A DNA stretch of 64,000 bases from an uncultured Alphaproteobacteria bacterium (lineage in GTDB: Bacteria; Pseudomonadota; Alphaproteobacteria; RF32; CAG-239). The stretch spans positions 5,675-69,674 of the forward strand of contig CAMVHF010000001.1 in NCBI GenBank assembly GCA_947167235.1, read 5' to 3'. The position numbers were made by a program, and so were the translations under genes. The notes under the pieces were generated by a model. That model ran no database searches. It was not told where the DNA came from and was given only the letters and a program-made list of their open reading frames with translations. Positions 61,010-64,000 of this stretch are shown here, one piece after another; within the stretch, counting starts at the first letter, position 1, and the number at the start of each line of letters is the position of its first letter.

Positions 61010-62128
61010 TTATTTACCCATTGAGCTGGTAATTTGATCTTGCATATCAAAGGTAGCAAATACGGCCCATGCGATAATACCCGAAACGGATAACATGGCC
61101 ACCATGTTCATAATTTCAGCTCTTTGTTCAATCATATATACCGATTCTTCCAACCATTCGTTAGCAAGCTTATCCAACGCCTCTTCGAAGTTATCCAATT
61201 CGGAATAAATTTTTAAGTCTGCGATAATTTGTTTATCCGGAAATTCCAGACCGCTTTTACCGAGAGCCTGACCTAAGTTTTCACCGTTTTTAATATGGAA
61301 CAGTGCACCGTCGATACGTTCTTTAAGGTATTTACTGGAATCTTTACGAAGCGATGTCAGGGCTACGGACACCGGCACACCGCCTTTAACCAAGGCGGAT
61401 AAGGCCAATAACCATGTAATGCCGGTAAAGATTTTATATAATGACCACGGCGGGTATCTGTCGAATACGACGCGTGCTTTACCTGTCCAGATACTGATGG
61501 TAAGGTATATAGTTAAACCGATGGCCGGCAGTATTGAGAATGCAAGCTGCCAGTTATTTTGAATCCACTCAGACATATCAATCAAATTTTTAGCCGTGCC
61601 GGTCCAACGCGTATTCGGTGCGGCACTGAGCATTGGCGGTACCATGTATACACCGATGGCGTACAAAATCACAACGGACATCATCATCAAGAATGACGGG
61701 TAGGCAACGGCAGATACAATCGGGCGGATCATACGGGTTGAACCTTCGGTCACTTTAATAAGGTTTAATAAAGCGCTTTCCAAGTCAGAAACGTCACCGA
61801 CGGAAAGCATCAAGCGCTCACGGTTAGGTGCCCAACCCTTTAAGGCATCGGAGAACGGATGACCTTCTTGCAAAGCTCGTCCCCATGCACTGACGGCGAT
61901 CCCCATAGGATCATTAGGCTTAGCGCCTTCTTCGGTTAAGCCGCTGTAAATCATGTCGAGGGCGTTCATCAATGAGAAGCGGTTACGCAACAATGCCGCC
62001 AGCTTACGATAAATTTTTAAGCGATTTTTATTGGAAAGATTACACATGATTTTGGCATACGTCAGCACCCAATCATTTGTATTTTGCATCGCTTTATTAA
62101 AAGCACTTTGTTTTTTAGCTTCAGGCAT
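61010..62128 (-). CDS. GspF/PilC-family inner-membrane platform protein (two T2SSF-like repeats, 3 TM)
   Basis: Repeat 1 RKLAALLRNRFSLMNALDMIYSG...GRALQEGHPFSDAL. Repeat 2 LKERIDGALFHIKNGENLGQALGKSG...ELDNFEEAL. Hydrophobic segments between them. A 10-nt gap separates it from the ATPase gene. Confidence 0.7.
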   Translation of the reverse strand: MPEAKKQSAFNKAMQNTNDWVLTYAKIMCNLSNKNRLKIYRKLAALLRNRFSLMNALDMIYSGLTEEGAKPNDPMGIAVSAWGRALQEGHPFSDALKGWAPNRERLMLSVGDVSDLESALLNLIKVTEGSTRMIRPIVSAVAYPSFLMMMSVVILYAIGVYMVPPMLSAAPNTRWTGTAKNLIDMSEWIQNNWQLAFSILPAIGLTIYLTISIWTGKARVVFDRYPPWSLYKIFTGITWLLALSALVKGGVPVSVALTSLRKDSSKYLKERIDGALFHIKNGENLGQALGKSGLEFPDKQIIADLKIYSELDNFEEALDKLANEWLEESVYMIEQRAEIMNMVAMLSVSGIIAWAVFATFDMQDQITSSMGK

Positions 62129-62138
62129 CAGTATTCTC

Positions 62139-63824
62139 CTAGTAAATCGGACGTTGATCCAACAGACCGCACCAACGTTCTACCTCATCTAAATCGATGA
62201 ATCCTCTTAACATACGCTCAATAGCGGCTTCACGCAACGGACGGCCGTCGAGTTCACTAACCCAGTAATCAATGGCTTCTTTGGTATGACCCTCCACCAT
62301 CAATGTTAAAAAGTGTCCGTCCGGAATAATGATTTCCGGCACTGACATACGACCGATTACGCCTTTTTGATGGCAGTATTTACATCCCGGACCGCGCAGA
62401 TAGGTATTTTCAATGCCGATATCGCCTAACGCGATTTTGACTCGTTCAAAAGACGGATCATTCATGCGCTCTTTAATGGATATTCGGCAATGCGGACAAA
62501 TCTTACGGAACAAACGTTGCGAAATTAAGCCTTTCATAATTTCCGGATCGCTTAACATGTAAGGCTGAACACCCATATCGCGCAAACGGGTAATGATTGC
62601 CGGCGCCGAGTTGGCGTGCAATGTTGACCACACACTGTGTCCGGAAAGCGCGCCTTTGAACACAAGGCTCGCTGCCGAAAGTGAACGAATTTCACCGACC
62701 ATCATAACGTCAGGGTCGGAACGTAGAGCGGCAGACAAGGCTTTGTTGAATTCTTCATCTTTTTCTTCTTCGGAGTTGGCGTTGGTCACCGGCATTTGTC
62801 GGGCACCAGGAATCGGATACTCCGGCGGGTCTTCCACGGTAATAACATTAATTTCACCGTGGCGCTCTTGAATTAAACGAATCATATTACGTTGCAATGT
62901 CGTCGATTTGCCGGAACCCGTCGGGCCGGCAACAATATTTAAGCCGACAGCGGTGGCACGCAGACGATAGAATAAGTTTAATTCGCGTTCACCAAGTCCC
63001 AAACCTTTTAAGTCACCGTTACCGTTCGGATTATCATCGGCGTACAAAAGACGCATAACCAAATATTGAGAACCGAACGCAACCGGATTAAATTGTAAAC
63101 GAATAGCCAATACGTTGTGTGGCAGCTTTAATTTTCCGTTAGTACCGCGGAGTGGTTTATCACCCAGCTTTTGCGCACCTTGAAACTCGTTTTGCGAATA
63201 GTTGGCATCTGAAATATCGGCCGAGGCAAAAGCGGCACGCACAAAAGCCTCGCCCCATTCTTTACCGTATTCAAGCTCACGTTCCATCATACCGTTGATA
63301 CGAAACATAACGACAGATGAATCGGCCACAATAACGTGCACATCGGACACTTTTTTGGTTGCGGCACGCGTTATCACGCTCAAGAAGTCGATTTGCATTT
63401 GGTAATCGGCGGCTTCTTCAACAGAAATATCAACCTTACCTGTACCACGCTCGGCATAAGAATAAATAGCGGCAATTTCCTGTGCCGATACATATTTCGG
63501 CGGGTTCATCAGCATCTTACGGCGTTTGGCAATAGCCGTAAAGTTCAATACTTTACCGTCAAAGCGGTGACTTTCATCGATTAGATAAGTACCGTCGGAA
63601 AATAAAGCCAACATACGACGTGTTTCGCTGTCGACAACAACTTCCCCGTCTTCAAGAGTTAAGAGTTTATTGTCGTTAGCAAAAAGAGTCTGAAAGATAT
63701 TAGCTTCTTTTTTTTCTGTTTCTTTTTTTTCGGCAACGACAGGGGCAGCTGAAGTTGCGGTTGCAGGCGCCCCTTCTGCCGGTGTCGTTGTTGTAGCTTC
63801 TTCTTTCTTCTCTTCCTCAGCCAT
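62139..63824 (-). CDS. GspE/PilB-family type II secretion / type IV pilus assembly ATPase with N-terminal Ala/Glu/Lys/Thr-rich low-complexity extension
   Basis: Walker A AGPTGSGKSTTLQ. Asp box ITVEDPPEYPIPG. Walker B VMMVGEIRS. His box HSVWSTLHANSA. C-terminal tetracysteine CPHCR...CKYCHQKG. The N-terminus reads MAEEEKKEEATTTTPAEGAPATATSAAPVVAEKKETEKKEAN. Confidence 0.8.
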   Translation of the reverse strand: MAEEEKKEEATTTTPAEGAPATATSAAPVVAEKKETEKKEANIFQTLFANDNKLLTLEDGEVVVDSETRRMLALFSDGTYLIDESHRFDGKVLNFTAIAKRRKMLMNPPKYVSAQEIAAIYSYAERGTGKVDISVEEAADYQMQIDFLSVITRAATKKVSDVHVIVADSSVVMFRINGMMERELEYGKEWGEAFVRAAFASADISDANYSQNEFQGAQKLGDKPLRGTNGKLKLPHNVLAIRLQFNPVAFGSQYLVMRLLYADDNPNGNGDLKGLGLGERELNLFYRLRATAVGLNIVAGPTGSGKSTTLQRNMIRLIQERHGEINVITVEDPPEYPIPGARQMPVTNANSEEEKDEEFNKALSAALRSDPDVMMVGEIRSLSAASLVFKGALSGHSVWSTLHANSAPAIITRLRDMGVQPYMLSDPEIMKGLISQRLFRKICPHCRISIKERMNDPSFERVKIALGDIGIENTYLRGPGCKYCHQKGVIGRMSVPEIIIPDGHFLTLMVEGHTKEAIDYWVSELDGRPLREAAIERMLRGFIDLDEVERWCGLLDQRPIY

Positions 63825-63836
63825 TTTCAGTACTTA

Positions 63837-64000
63837 TTGAACAAACATTCCTGCGCCGAATGATGCGGCACTGCCGGCTCTGCGGCGTGACGATGATCTG
63901 CTTGCATTACCACCGTTGTTTGTTGCCGGAGCAGCCTTAGGTTTTATATCATTGGTTGTTGCATTACCCAAAACATTTTTACCGCTTTGTTTAATGCTTT
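63837..64000 (-). CDS. 3' end of an upstream ORF running in from beyond the window (C-terminus ...NNGGNASRSSSRRRAGSAASFGAGMFVQ)
   Basis: Hand translation of the minus strand gives an open frame from the window edge to TAA, about 10 nt before the ATPase start. It is co-directional with the ATPase and may be the first visible gene of the operon. Confidence 0.35.

Overview
The window is a 64-kb AT-rich chromosomal segment that appears to come from an alphaproteobacterium, dense with core genes on both strands. The lineage call rests on RpoH sigma-32 with an RpoH box, an atpI-B-E-F'-F F0 operon with two b-type subunits, AddAB in place of RecBCD, and an L17 with an Ala/Glu/Lys-rich tail. Recognisable genes are rluD, rpoH, a complete tripartite RND efflux pump, a GST, tgt, an MsbA-like ABC exporter, fba, the ATP synthase F0 genes, a DsbA-like protein, xerD, aroK, rph, rdgB, addB-addA, trxA, rplQ, murJ, an Nfu-like protein, a sensor kinase, a CDF transporter, anmK, tyrS, uvrA, ldcA and an M29 aminopeptidase. 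Many junctions show start/stop translational coupling. I found no rRNA, tRNA, CRISPR array, IS element or prophage. The most interesting material is at the 3' end (59.4-64.0 kb): a compact type II secretion / type IV filament-like module made of a GspE/PilB-like ATPase, a GspF/PilC-like platform protein, a 173-aa bitopic protein with an atypical non-pilin N-terminus, and a convergent VirB11/CpaF-like ATPase. No prepilin peptidase, secretin or canonical pilin is present in the window. Other notable items: a structured, terminator-containing leader RNA upstream of a small XRE-family HTH gene, divergent from an unusual histidine-phosphatase::QueH fusion, with repeated AAATGCAA operator-like motifs; a ParA/MinD-like ATPase coupled to a membrane J-domain protein behind a TTAA-N7-TTAA box; a GldF-GldG-type mega-fusion ABC permease in an anmK operon; a relocated rplQ; and an identical terminator hairpin reused at two loci. 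Several genes have the start given by the ORF track re-called by hand.
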